A DNA stretch of 64,000 nucleotides, taken from assembly GCA_051294905.1 (NCBI GenBank), contig CM119373.1, positions 30,442,001 to 30,506,000 on the forward strand, given 5' to 3'. This document shows, one piece after another, positions 38,901 to 53,900 of this stretch. The notes below the pieces were generated by a model. It searched no databases, had not been told where the DNA came from, and was given only the letters and a program-made list of their open reading frames with translations. How positions within the stretch are numbered: the stretch's first letter is position 1; each line of letters opens with the position of its first letter. The DNA is from Botryllus schlosseri. Taxonomy: Eukaryota. The position numbers and the translations under genes are program-made.

Positions 38901-41900
38901 CATCCTCAAAAATTAGATTTGTACAAGGGGTCGAATAATTGTAACATTTAACTGAAGGTGGGTACTTTCGGAATTACAGGACGCATTTGAGTGGCTAATG
39001 CAGAATGTCTGAAACAATGCAAAAATAGGTGCTATTTTGGAATTATAGTCACTTACCGAGGTACAGGGGATATTTCACACAGTTTTAATGGCAATTTTAT
39101 CCAGTAACGTGAATTTAAAAAATATATAATGCTTGTGTCTTTTTCGTGAGTGTGTGACGGGGCGCCATCTTTGGCGACTGATGACTTCACGCCTATCGAC
39201 AATGCGATCGCGGGAGATAACCGCAGTTTCTGGAATATTCTGTCTGTGTGGTGCACGCATTCTTACTATCGACAATATAATTGTTACGGTATCTGTCAGG
39301 CTGTGCTGGGAACTGATTTACACTTGAAGAGTAAAGAACTATAGTAGCGACACCGTTATAAGTACAAATCAATGTACCATCCTGAAACTAATTTCTCGTC
39401 TGCAAAATTCACTCACAAATTAAGTAGTTCCACCTAAAATATTTTAAGTAAAAGCGCAAATAGTCTAAAACCAGAGATGGTCAAAGTAGTCACCGTCGCT
39501 ACTCAAGACTGGAGAGGATCCTGGGACGTGAGAAGCGCGGAAGAACTGACCAAATCTGTGGACATGACAGTCGCAGACCTCCGGAAAATCGCAGCTATCG
39601 TATGCGAGGGAGGTTTCCATGAATGGATCATGTGGAGCAAGTCGACTTACCGCATTGCTCGAAGGCCGCGTTATAGACGATGAATTGCCCCAAAGAGTGA
39701 CGAAGCCCCAAAGGCCCCGACGCGAATTATGGGTTAAGCTTTTCCCATGCTCTTGCAAAATGAAAGCGAATAAGGCACGCTTAGGACTATAGTCATTTAC
39801 ATCTATGTTAGGAGGGCCTATGACCGAGCTAGCACAGCACTGTATACTGCACTAGGCCTTTATAAGCAATAAACCTTCGAAATAGAAATAATGCCGGAAT
39901 TTCCACTCAAGTAGAAGTAGGAGTGGTGGTTCACAAGTAAGTAAGTAAGTAAGTAGGTATTCTACGCCTATTTTTGCCTACAAACCTGAAAACTGTCAAG
40001 TAGAAGTAGAAGTAGTCTAAAATCATAACTACTTAAAAAGTAGTGTCAGTAGGAAAAATATACTTCAAGTACTTCAGAAAGTAGAAGTACTTCGTTACTG
40101 ACCACCTCTGTCTAAAACACAGCCATATGTGAGTAAGTAGTGCAAATTGGCAAACGCTATACTTGACTACTCAAAAAATTAAACGCACTTCATCACCGAA
40201 ACCCAGTGCACAACTCAACAAAATACGACAACTAACATTCGGTGAGTTGAGTTACTTATTTACTAATTATCATCATCATCATCATTGGTTTATTAGCAAT
40301 TTCATCAGTTCAATACACCACAAAAATGCGATACAATGAAAAGACAGGAAGATGTCGAAGCGACAAGGAGTAGTCTATGGAATCTGACACCCACCTTGGC
40401 CTAGGCGATGTAAAGAGGAGGCATGCACACTGAATGAAAGTAAAGAAGATAGTATAGAAAAAGAATGCGACAAGAAATAGGGCGGCATGTCATGGGAAGC
40501 GAGATCGATAGGTCAGTCGTGGTCCGGTAATCTTGAGGATGTACTGTATTTATTTAGTAGTAATTGCTTGTATTTCGACTTGAATGTGGACATGCTCGTC
40601 GACTGTCGGATGGCCGGCGGGATACTGTTCCACACATCAGGTCCGGCATATTTGATGGAGCGATGATCTTTTCGGTCGATCATATGATATTTGGACGACG
40701 TGGACGCGCGTGTGTTGTACTTGTGCGCTTTTGATTCAGAGGTAAAGAAGTCATTGAAGTATTCGGGGCAACGACCGCAGTGAAACTGATACATAAACAA
40801 TAATCCCGATTCCAATAGTAAATCTACTCTTATTATCTTACCGCGACAAACATATGATCAGCAAAGTAAAAAAGAGTCCAAGGATAGATAATCCAACACC
40901 GATGTACGTTACTATGCTCAGCGCTGGGTCCGCAGGCAACTCGACTCGACTCTGCAAAGCAAGGAAACTACAGAAAAGGCACAATGTCAAAAATAAATCT
41001 TTCGGAAAAAGGAAGATATCAGTCCAACAATAGAGATTGGTAAGCACATTTACGTTCAACTTGAGAAGTCGATTTAGGGATGGTAACACACATTATTCTT
41101 TATTGACAAAATTGTCGTATCCATATGTGAAGTATTGCATTTCAATCACGACTACATCTACACCTTCATTTATCATGTGTTAGTAGTACATCTTAATTTT
41201 TTCAGCTTTGATAAAGATTGCCAATAGATATCTGCGATGTATTATAGTAAACTAATATCATTCGATTCAAGATTATCTTTTCCAGAAACGCATTTCCGGT
41301 CTTCCTTGTAGGCCATCACAACTAATTTTATTCTATCGCAATTTCGCTACGAAAACCATAAATTTTTAATCGGGAATGTGGTGCCGAACTGGTGGCTATT
41401 TTGAATCCCTGTAACAATTATTGCTCTTTGCAATCCATACAGTTGAAGTAGTAGCTGATTCACAATTTTCAAAGAATTTATTTTCCACTTCTACAAGTCA
41501 TATTCATAAGCGAGACGGGGATGTTTTAACTTGACTGCAATAGTGCACCACTTCTTCCGCACCTAATGATAGTAGTGGTGTCATAAGACACTAGTGCAGG
41601 TTTTCAAATCTACCATAAACTACACTATGAAAATAGCCTAGTCCACCCATTTGCCCATAGACACCATAAAAGGTTCGAAATTACTCTTGTTGTCCCCATG
41701 CAACCTAGCATTCATATATACCACAATAGCATTCAGAACATCTTTAAAGCGTACCATACAAAAATCCTTGAGAAATTTATGTATTCATTTCACTTACAAC
41801 CAAAATGGCGAAATTTGTCAAATGATTGCATTGACATGTGGCTGGTTCACTGGACAATAACGAACATCCTTTAGTCGACCAATTACCAATGTTGAAATCC

Positions 41901-44900
41901 CAAAACACGCATTCGAAACTTGTGACCACTTTCTGTAATAGAGCAATAGGAAAAGATATACAGCGGATAATGTGGCATGACTATTGCATATGGAAATACA
42001 CTCTATATAATTACTTTCCATTTTGTATTCGAAAGTAGCAAACATACTAGATATGAGACAGATACTTTCAAGTAAAGTAAAATAATACCTTTCAGTTTAA
42101 TTTTAAACATTTACCACGTAGATAAACATGGTGCCCAAGTGAGATTGATATGGAGTTGCATGCGTCAGATTCGCCATCAGCCTTACGCGCAGGAGTGACC
42201 AAACAAGCGAGCAGTTATGGATGTCCGTTAGTCGGAAACATTCAATTATTATAGGCGTGTTCCTGCGTTGAGAATGTGATTCAAATGTCACGAATATAGT
42301 GATAGCCATCACAATGCTGTCAGAATTTGTAAGCAATTGATCGGGTATAGCAACCTACAATCTGTGTTCATTGAAAATGTAATGATAACCTCCTACCCCA
42401 TGGAAATCTCACTCTAAAAATAACAAAACAAACTAGAAATTTAAATGCCAATTCATATTCGCGATCAACCAATAAAATATATAAAAGCTACAAAAATATA
42501 ATTGTTAGTAGAACTATTTTCTGTGTCGGATATAAATAAATATTACATACAGATTTAAAAAAACTTGTCATTGAAAAATACCTTATTGTCAACAATTTTC
42601 AGCCCCGTTGGCTCCAGAATAATGTTACGTCTGATAATAACTGGATCGCTTAATGCAATTTCCTCCAACAAATGTGTGGAATTACCAAGGCTGCTGGAAA
42701 TTACCTGCAAGTGAAATAAAACAGTGCAAAAAAGCGTCATCAATTCACGTTGAGCCATATTAAAAACCTCCACATGGACATCGACAAATAATGCAATTTA
42801 ACTCGTGAAATCACACTATGGTAAAACTACAGTTTGCAAGACCATGCTAACATGTAATTGCCCAAGCGCTTGATGAAAGAGAAAAATATTATTTGAAAGG
42901 ATTACATAAAGAGAAATCATTCGATGAATCCATGTTTTTTGTGATTTGGTGGCCTACATTAACCCATTCTTCCGACGGCAAAAGTTGCTGGGTGGGTTAT
43001 GTTTTCCGACACTTACAACTTAAAATACACTCAGTCAGAGGGAGAAAATGGTCACTCGAGGGATGAATCGAAATTTCAGCATCGTAAAGTCAATGGCTGG
43101 ACTACTGCGCATGTCCAATTGCTGAATACATTTGTGTTCAATGCGCAACATATATATCATTCAGTTTACAATAGAGAGCTTGTAAATAGCGAGGTGTCGT
43201 AAGTTGATAGCCGGAGACACTTGTTTCGAAATGAATTAAAATCATAAATCTGCCGAACTTAATTCAAAAATATTGATAAAAAACAATTCAAGAACCCAAA
43301 TCCATATTGTGTGCCATAAGGCAGATATGAGCACGGATTTGAACTTTATAAAACTGGGTATGATGATTTCGACTGGATTTGGATTAGTCATGGATTCAAG
43401 ATTATTCTCAATTTTCATCAGATTTCGAACATATATCATGGAAATAGGGCGTTATATATTTTTGTCGTTTGTGTTTTTGTGGCATATACACCGACTCATG
43501 ATATACATACACATGGTCTGTGCACAATACATACAGTGAGCTCATGATATGTTGTGGATCTAGTGCTGGACAAGGAAGGTGCGAAAATACCTTGTAAGGA
43601 TTGCCTAGTCTTTCACCACTCTCCATACCAGTGGTTCTCAAACTGGGGGCGTAGAAGCATCTGTAGGGGCGCGAATTCGCAGTTACCTCCGGCTCATGAT
43701 TATTGCTCAGTGTATTGTCCGAATTACATAATTGAGAATTCTCTCATCAACAGCCATAACCTCCAACGCCCTTAAACTATCCGTTGGGATTGATAGCATT
43801 CTGATTGCTCTCTTTAACATTTTGTGGTATCACGATAACGGTGGGGCTCGAAATTATTCACTGTCATAAAGGGGGACGTGTCAATAAAAGTTTGAGAACC
43901 ACTACTTCATACTATCCCGGGAATTCTGAGTGTTAAACGGGGAAGCCACAGATATCAGGTTTGCTGAGAATGTCTTTGGTCTGACCCGTTCGGAGATTGA
44001 ATCCACCACGAGCTACCAATCCAGAAGCCGGACGCTCCACCATTATGCTATCAGCGATTAACGAGTTTGCAGACAACTCGAATTACGGACAATGATATGG
44101 ATTAAAATATTAAATCCACTCGTCTCTTCCAAGTCGTAGGTTAACATAGCTGGTATTCAAATTTAAAAAAGTACAAATTCATACATGAATCACAAGCTCA
44201 AACTCACCCAGTCAGTTGTGATTTCTGAAGGGAAAAAGACGCTCGATCTGTAACCGACGGATACGACACGTAAAGTAGATAGCAGCGATCGCGCATGAGT
44301 AAGTGCTTCTGCAGGTATTGTTATCGTCATCGGATATGAGGTGACATTGGACGTTTTATCCTCGTAAAAAGTCGCGTTGAATACGTACGGAGTGTCGACG
44401 TCTGATATATCGCTAACCTTCACAAAAATTAAAGTACTTATTTCGCATAATATAGATCTGGTGTAATAGAATTCAGATCGAGATTAAAAGTAGCAGTCCG
44501 TTTGGGAAGTCTTATCGATCATTTAAATTCAAGACTACCGACACGGATCTTATATTTTACTGGGCTAATTGGATTTATAACTTGGTCTGGCGCAGCATTA
44601 GATCCATTAGCACAGTTGCTGTTGTCATTTGTGGTATTCATGGTGTTTGTCGACAACTACGGTCATTTACACCAGGCCATTTTTCTCCATTTTGATTCCA
44701 TTGACACCGTGTACTGCTACCGTAGTACCATGAGACGATGCTAGGCGTTTATACAATCATTTATACAGGCCGTATCAAAACTATATCGAGTGGATTTAAA
44801 ACATGAAAAGTGTGGAAGGAACTCGAGTAAGCACTTTCAAAATATGGAATTGGCCGAGGCTTCATATAGTTTGGACAGTTAACCAGAAGTGACTTCTTTC

Positions 44901-47900
44901 AAAATTGCGTCATGCATCTTCGCGACCAATGCCACATAACTAAAGACACTATCAATATGTGCAACTTTGGAGAATAAATCTAGTTTCCCAGATGCAGGGG
45001 CAATTTCGTATCTCAAAACTAAGTTCCAATGCACAAAATCCAAAGCATAGAAAGTAAATACAATTGCCCAAAATGTCGTTACGAACAAATGGAAGTAGTA
45101 TAAAGATATAACTAATTTGAATAAGAAGCGCAAATTAATCAAACCTTCTGAGTACTTCAACAAAGTTGAAGCGTTTGGGTTATTAAAATGTCTGGGTTCG
45201 AAATCGCGTTTCGGAATTGCCAAAATATATTTCCCACTTTGAGTAAAAATAATTGACCAGCACGGCGTAACTCCACACCACAGTATGTATGGTATGAATA
45301 CCTTATAATTCATTACATATGACTGGATTTATTGACATTGTGATTTCTTAACAATTATCTTAGTACCGATATCCGTAGGGCCAAAAGCAGTCCGTCTTCT
45401 ATGAACGGAATGGATCCAAAACATAAAGTCAGCCAACAAAACCCACATATTACAGATATGGAAAATTTGAAGCCTCAACTTAGAAATCGCAAACACATAG
45501 CAATGGCCCTAACCTCCACATGAACACTATGCGTAAACACCGACACGCTTGAAGTATCCCCTGAATCGAGGTGTCTCGAGATCCTCTCAAACGAACGAAC
45601 CAAGTTCTGACGTTCGGCAGGACGTTCGACAGCTGGTAGCAAGCAAGGGATTAAAAGTCACTAAAAACGGCAACGTGTGATACAACTTACCGGCTACTTT
45701 AGTTTCATTGTAATATTCGGATATGTGACCGAATATTGACGCTGCCTCAATGATTTCTTTTCTAGAATACTGGAAATACACGAGATGTATAGGGCGGGCA
45801 GAACAGGTTGATTACTAAACTCGAATATTGACAGTTGTTAATTCTTATCCGATATGTCTATTAATCAACAAATACAATGAAGGTTAGCATTGAAATATAG
45901 ATCAGTTGTTCTCAACCGGGGGTCCGCGAAGCCTTCTTAGGGGGTCCGCGAAGCCTTCTTAGGGGGTCCGCGAAGCCTCAAAATAATTGATAACATAATT
46001 GGATATTTTAAATTCGAAAAATCATGAGGTAATTTTGCTTCATTACTAGTAAAACTCCAGAGCTCACATCAACAGAATGGCCATATGAGATGGAATATCC
46101 TATACTGTGCAGACTCTTGTTAATTACGAAATTGCTAATAGCCTACTGACACAAACATTCTGCTGTTTAGAGATGTTTTGTTGAGGATTGAGGAAAAACA
46201 GTTGGATGAGTGAGGTCAAATACGGTGACTTCGAAATGTTTACAAAAATCTATTTTTTCTGTGATATACATAACACAACCACTTTTCCATCATAACTTCA
46301 AGCTGCTAAAACAGCGGTTCTCAAACTGGGGGGCACCCCCCCTTGGGGAGCGTGAAAGCAACTAAAGGGGGCGCGAAGCTGCAGTTAACTGAATTTTTTT
46401 GCACTCAGCGCGATTAACCTTCTATTCATTGTCATTCCAGTGTGTATACTATGAATTTCATATTTGACAATTATCTAATCAACCGGTTTAACCTTCCATG
46501 CCATTAAACTATCCGTTGGGATTTGCTATCATTGTGGTTGTATTTTGTGCTATAACGATAAGGGGTGAGTGACGGGGCTCGAAATTTTTGACAATAATAA
46601 AGGGGGTGCGTCTGAAAAGTTTGAGAACGACTGTGCTAGATAGAAAGATCAGGCTTGACGTTATGTGTTCATTGAAGACGTTAGTTTGTCAATTTTGATG
46701 CCCTATCTGTTGGGATCATACCCAAATGTGTCGTCGGAAGCGATACGCGGTCATACAATCGCTACCACCTATATTTGTTGCAATGGATTTCCGGCACTTG
46801 TTTACATCAAATCGAATGGGTGGATTGTCAAGAGACGACCACGTATTTCTAAAAATGCAGTTGTGTAACTCGCTTTGAAATAATAGTCAACCCAATTTCT
46901 ACATGAATAGTATATGATCTTATTTTCAAAAAAAGTCATTATGTAGCTGTTTATCACTAAGCCTGCAGTAATCTTTTGTACAAGACATATGACGATTGCA
47001 CGATAATTGAGCTAAATTTGAACTAAAACTTCGTGGGGGTCCGCGGGGTCCGTGACGGTCCGAAAGGGGTCCGCGAAGACAAGAAGGTTGAGAACCACTG
47101 ATCTAGATTCTACATGGGATGACCACCGCAGCATCCAGACCATCGGCTCTCAAACTTTTTAGACACCCCCCCCCCACCCCCTTTATGAAAGTGACATATT
47201 TCGCGAGCCCCTTATCGTCATATCACAAAATGCAACCAGAATGCTAGATATTCCAACGAATAGTCTGATGGTATGTGAGGTTATGACTGTTGATAAGAGA
47301 ATTCTCAAATATGAAATTCGGAATATACACAGAGCAACAACTACAACTATTACAGTTGATGGCAGCTTCACACCCCCTGCAGTTGCGTTCACGCCCCCCG
47401 AGGCGGTGCGCCCCAGTTTGAGAACCAGTGATCTAGACTCAGTAAGCACGCGGCTTGATGTTAACGACAACAAGATTTCAAATAGGTCGTAAAACGTCAT
47501 AACGGGTGGCACTCGAATACTTGAGTCTAAGGTGATACCGGATTCTGTGCGGCTTTATTCCAGTAATGAAAATGCCGAGAGAAAACAATTCGTTGCTCAC
47601 AATTTGCTGAAAACTAACGTTATAGATATATTAAACTAGGATTATCATATTTTGACATGCGAAAAAGAGGACACTTTTCAGAAACTCTGACAGCTCTAAT
47701 AGCGGAAAAGAAAATGGTTTATTTCAGAATTTTCGACCAATAGTACCTGTTCTGACTACAAAAGATCATCACCCTAACTCGACTCCCGAATTACCCGCTT
47801 TTTTACGATACGCCTGTGGTGTTGGATAAAAAAAGGTCAACTGTTTGTGGCCTCCGTTTTACTGGATTTTTTTTACGTAACTTTGACGTTCGCTGCGTCG

Positions 47901-50900
47901 TTCGATGCTTTTTATATAAAAGGAGAATAAATCCGTGAAATAGAGGACAGTTAGGCGTCCTCCGAGCTTCTATTTAATTTATTGAAAAAAAGAAGACAAT
48001 TCCTCTTAAAATTTGACGTATGGCAACCCAAATTAAACATTTGTTCCACCGTAACGACGAACCGACAAGAATGCGCATAATTTCGCGGCTAACCTGTGCG
48101 TTAAGGTTGGAAATGTTGTTGAGATACTCCACTACTTGTTCGACTTGGTTCTCAGTCAAAGCTGATACGTTTGCCGTAGCGAAATCGAGATCTTCCAACG
48201 TAGTGTTACCCAATGGCTATAGGAAAACAAATTCAAATTAATTTCCACTTTACTATATATATAGGAACCTCAAGGATAAGATATAGTTAGCTATATATGC
48301 GTCCTTAACTAGATCATAGATTCACATCCAGAATAGCTGTGATAGATATCAGAGATATGCATGTATCCGGATTTGAAAACTGCCACGGTCAGAAGCGTAT
48401 TTATGTAGTTAAGATTATGGACTCATAATTCTGAATATTTCTAATTTTTGAGCGACTTCAAAATTGGAAGACAGTAAACACGAATTGAGATCTGGTCGTG
48501 ATACAATCTGAATTATTGTTTTTATTTTGATTTGAAAATCAAATATAGAACAGGGTTCGGATTTAAAAGCCAACATTGCTAGTAAACGCAAGACAAATAT
48601 AGGCCTACTCACAGCAGATATCACAGAATCGATGGATTTACACCTCGACACTTTCAGCGATGTCGCATTATAAAAGTCTTCGATTAAACACAGAATAGAG
48701 GCAAGTGCTGTGTTTTCATCATCTATATTAAAAATGAAACAGTCGGTAATATATACAGTCCAATGCAAATCTACATAACGGAAAAATAACATCAAAGTTG
48801 GCCAACTTTTCCAAGTGCTGAAGCATCGAAAATACGATATCATCACGATTGCTACAATACTTTAGTGATTATTTCTGGTGTTTTGCATATATATCGCGTT
48901 TGTTATTAGATCTACCATGGTCCAGGGTTGCATTTAAAACAGACGGCGTGCCTAAAAGAAATATATTTTTTTAAACGTTGTCGTATTATGCCATGAATGT
49001 GTAAATACTTTCGATAAAACATGTCGTTTGAGCCCAATGTTCGCTCTAATTTTTGACGAGTCTGCGCGCACACACCAACTCACTGCGCGTTTCCTTGGAC
49101 AGCAGTGCGCGACGACTAAAAAAAGCTTAGAGGAGGGAAGATTGTTCGAGGCTATACGGACGATTTGCATCCAATATAGTCGACATATATGATGTGGGGT
49201 GGCTGGAACCCTCATAATCGTTGTCCACCCAACAGTCATAGCATAAAGATATAGATCATTGGTACGAAATGAGTGTTCTGATGATGAAGGCCGCGGACCG
49301 TAAAAATGCTGAATAAGGATTTAGTACTGGTTGAAGATATTATTGTCTTTTTATGACAGTAGTCGGAAGCCCTTTTCATCGAAGGAGCCATATCTATCCC
49401 CTATTTTTCAATTGTCAATGTCAACATACTGTGGAGTCACAACTAAAGATTCATGACGTCGTGGCCAAAAAGCAACAACATGATTTAAACAAGGGCCCTG
49501 TTTTTAAAATGTTTGTTTTGAATTGATTTTTATTTTAAATGCAGCCTTACCATGATCGAGAAATCAGCATTGATAACTAAAACCACTATCACACGAAACA
49601 GTGTCACATCGGAAAGCTTTGTATGACTTTCATGTCATAGAATCAGGAAATCAGTCTCTGGAACTACAACTATTCAAAGAATATCTATTGCAGGTTCATT
49701 GTAACATGATTAGCATGGCTTTGAAATATAACGGTCTTGAATATACATTCGATCGATTAATACTTACCAGCATTTCACGCCTATTACTCGCGTATGAATA
49801 CCACCTCACCACGCATGCCACAATACAAGGAAGTAACCATATATACGACAAACGCAAAGACGTGCAGAGTGTCTGTATGGGGTGCCAGCAGAAGTTGAAA
49901 GTATAGTCAAATAGGTTGTACTTCGCACTTTTGGGCCAGTAATAATATCACTCGCTTCAAATCAGCAAATACCAAGCACATACACATCAGATATATCAAA
50001 TCTCCACCTGCAAACACTATGAAGAAAAATACATAACTATACTAGACATATACAATACATACTTGAGCATTTTTCTTCTGAATACGCGGTAAGTCGTGGT
50101 CGCGTGGGCGGAAACGCAAATCCCGAAATTGACTGTTTCACACTGCAGCTAGCTTTCAAATACAAAATTCGCAATGACAAGATACTCTTCTTCGCATAAA
50201 AGCACATTATCAAAGGTTAACCGCTTCAAGTTTCCCCATCAATTCAACCTCGGCCACACAAACAAATAACTACACCACGCCTTGAAGAAGTATAGCATAG
50301 ATCCAATCAAAGAAAGTAACGCAAGACATCAGGATCATCTAATCAGACTAGGTTAATCAAGTCATGTAATCAAATAGATGCAGTTTTAAATGTGCAGTCA
50401 ATGACTAATGTACAGTAAAGATTTGTACTCGGGAATCATAGATTCTGGAGATATTGGCTCGCTATTGAAGTAATATTGAAACTAGATCAGGAGTGGGCAA
50501 ACTTTTGAGCTCGCGGCCCGCACTATATAAAATTGGGATTATAAACCAAAACGCAATATTGGTATTTGATTGTATAGTGAGAACATGGAGATAGGCCTAA
50601 TAATGCTTATTGAAGACAAACCAGACATTGCTTTGATGATATCGTACTCGCATCAGAAACAGTGGCGAGATTTCATAGGCTGGTCGACCACAATTACCAA
50701 TTTGTCAAAATGATAGGGATGAAAGTCGGTTGTCCCGATTCTTAAAACAGGATTAAAATTTTATTCTGTGAGCAGCGATCTGTTCGTAGATTTGCTTATT
50801 TCTATTTTGGTTCAGTTCCAGGACACACAATGCTGACAGTATCATAACCATGTTAGCTTCAAACACGCTTCTACGATGTGTAGATAAAATATACATAGCC

Positions 50901-53900
50901 TACTTACGCACACGGAGAACGAATCTATACCTAATACAGGCGCGAATCGTTTTTGTTCAAGCGCAGCACTAAAATTAATACACTTTATGCTGGAGTATCC
51001 AATCTGACATCACACTCGTGATCTGAAGTATGTCAATCCCGTTTAGGATTCCTGTGATGTTTAGCAGTTGCAAACTTTCCAAATGCGCGGGCCCTGAGGT
51101 CGGGATGTCGCCCCAAAAATTATCAAAAAATAATATAGGAAGTATTTACCTTAGAACAGTGGTTCTCAAACGGCAAACGGGAGGGTGGCGTGAAAGCATG
51201 TAAAGTGTGGCGCGAACCTGCGGTCAACTGAAAATTTGTATCGCGCTCGGCGCGATATACCTACAATTTATAGTAATTCCTGTGTGTATATAGTCCCTAT
51301 TTCATATTAGAGAATTCTTTCATCAACTGTGATAACCTTCCATGCCATCAAACTATCTGTTGGGATTGCCAGAGTTCTGGTTGCATTTTGTGATATGGAG
51401 ATAAGGGGCTCGCGAAATATTTCACTATCATAAAGGGGGGCGTGTCAAAGAATTTTGAGAACCATTGCCTTAGAATTATCATGGTGAAATATATTAAGAA
51501 AACGTTTAATCAAGTCCCTGCAATCATTCGATTTTTAGGACGCATTTCATTAATAATTTTATTAAGTTTTCTGAGACTCTCGCGGGCCGCACAAAAGGGT
51601 GTTGCTTGCCGCGGACCGTAGTTCGCCCATTCCTGAACTAGATCAAGGTCGAAAAACTTGACATGGATTATTCAACTATAAAGGCTTCCAGGAAACCTAG
51701 ATTTTAGTCCAACGCATACGATTTGATGCTACTATGATTGAATTGGCTGTGTAGCTCGACTACAGTACATGATTTGGAAAGGTCATGTGATCTGAAGATT
51801 CGCATAGAAATATGTCTGAATTATTTTAGTTAAATCTTTGATTCCGGCCCAAAGACTTACAGTTGGACTTCACGACAACCAAATTACCGTAAACTCTAAC
51901 CTAATACCGAGCACAGATGGAAATACGTACAAAAGAATAATAACCAGATAGAATGGCTGTAAGTTTAGATTATGTGAAACCAGTGTACGCAAATCGTAAC
52001 AAAAACACAAAAAAGCAAGCTTACTCGCTACTAAACTTTCTTTCGTTGAAGCTGAAACCATAATTGGGCCGGAATGAGGTTCCGTATTTGTCGTGGAATG
52101 TATACTAGTGACCGACGAAATAGACTCAGACGTTGAGGTTTCTTCCGTACTTGTTATAGCGGATCGAAGAGTACTAGATTCAACCAATCTAGTCACATTC
52201 GTGGTGCTACCGGCAGATGGTACAGCAAAAGTTGAAGATATTGCAGACGTAGCTGGTGTTGTATCAGGTTGAACAAAAGATGCGGTAGTGTTGGGTGTAG
52301 GACTGGATGTTGTAACAGCAATGGGGGAGTCAAAATGTACAGCTGTGGGACAAAATAACACAAAAACACAGTGTTAAAATACCATTTACCCCATAAACGC
52401 ATATTATTAATAGTTATCCGCTTCAAGCTTGTCTATTAATTGAACTTATGTCACACAAGCAAAATACACCGCCACGCCTCGAAGCAGTGCCATAGAATCA
52501 TTCCAGACAACGTAACCTACCAGCGTCAACCAATCAGTTAGAACTCTAGATTCATTGAGTCATGTAGGCTATAGTCAAATAGATTAAGTCTTGGATTTGC
52601 TATCAATCACTTATGCGCATTATATTTACCGTAAATATTTTTAGTAAACTGGTAAATTAGTTTGACGTCGATTGACTAAAAAATGGATGGGGACCTAGTG
52701 TTACGTTGCCCCGCTGCAACACCAACGGGCTGCGGGTATACTAGTCTGACCGAGGTCTACTCCTGTTGGAGGTTTATATAGGCCCCTCCGCGTCATCCGA
52801 CTTGCGTAAGTGGTGTTCTACAAAAAGTTCGGAACGAAGGTTCGGTCATCGGTCTGATGTAAAATGACCAGCACGTGACGATAGATGTCGAAATACAACG
52901 GACGTTAAAAAGGAGTGGGCTAACCTGATTGCAAAATTCTGCAAGATGATGATTAAAAAAGGAAATCCGTGATCAAATTACGTCGTGCCATTGTTCTACC
53001 CGATTCTGATGGTGGTGACTAGACAAACCTCAACATGACGACCAAATTGCCCGGATGATGACCTTTTGTTTAGTTTCCACCTTCCCAAATGCTACTATAT
53101 GTGAGTGAGCTGGCGTTCCAACGGAATTGACGGTATGGAGGCCCCGGTTTGATTGTGGGCAGTAGTACGTTTCGAAGCGTTGGTGGTTTATCTGAGATTC
53201 TCCTCCCCTCTGTCGCTATGCTCACACATCATGCCGCAAAATAAAGGCCCGGAGAAAGCCCGATCAAAAACGAATTCATAAAGAAGAGAATGAAAGCAAC
53301 GAGGAAGCCTGAAATAAGAAAGATGAAAATCGAACACCGTTATAACGGGTATTAGGCGGAGAGGATGCCAAATTGAGAGACCGTACTTGGTCGTTTCGAT
53401 CTTCTCTTATCTGTTCATTGTATCGCATTGTACATTGTGTGTCGTGAGTGGATAACAATAATAGAACCGCGCCGACTATGTAATACTCAGATTCCTTAAC
53501 TTTTGTTATACGTCGACATTGTGGCACTTCTTCGTTATTCCCTACACATCAAGAAGTCAGCCCCATGAAATTAACAAATGTTTCTGAAGGACATGTGAAA
53601 ATTTATAAACGTCATAATAAATTGTTTGGGGTTGGGGAAGACGGATATTAGGGATGGGGAGGTGGAAATTAGGGTCGGGTGGGAGATATTAGGGTTGGTT
53701 AGGGTCAAGGTTGGGGTCAGGATATCCTAAGATTAGGGTGGGGGAGGGAGTATTAGGGTGGGTTCAGGGTCAAGGTTGGCGTTAGTATATCCTAAGATCA
53801 GGGTCGTGGGAAGGGATTATTAGGGTGGGTTAAGGTCAAGGTTAGGGTCAATATATCCTAAGATCATGGTTGTGGGATGGGGTTATTAGGGTGGGATAGG

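Noticed and set aside
39465-39760. ORFs between the TM1 and TM2 exons
   Set aside because: No phase-2 compatible exon; the plus strand weakly resembles an RTE-type LINE C-terminus, too degenerate to call
42103-42336. Possible extra GAIN exon
   Set aside because: Stop codon in the required phase-0 frame
44879-45313. 144-aa minus-strand ORF inside the aGPCR
   Set aside because: Exons 9 and 10 already join in phase, the ORF lacks GAIN features, and no phase-compatible splice pair was found
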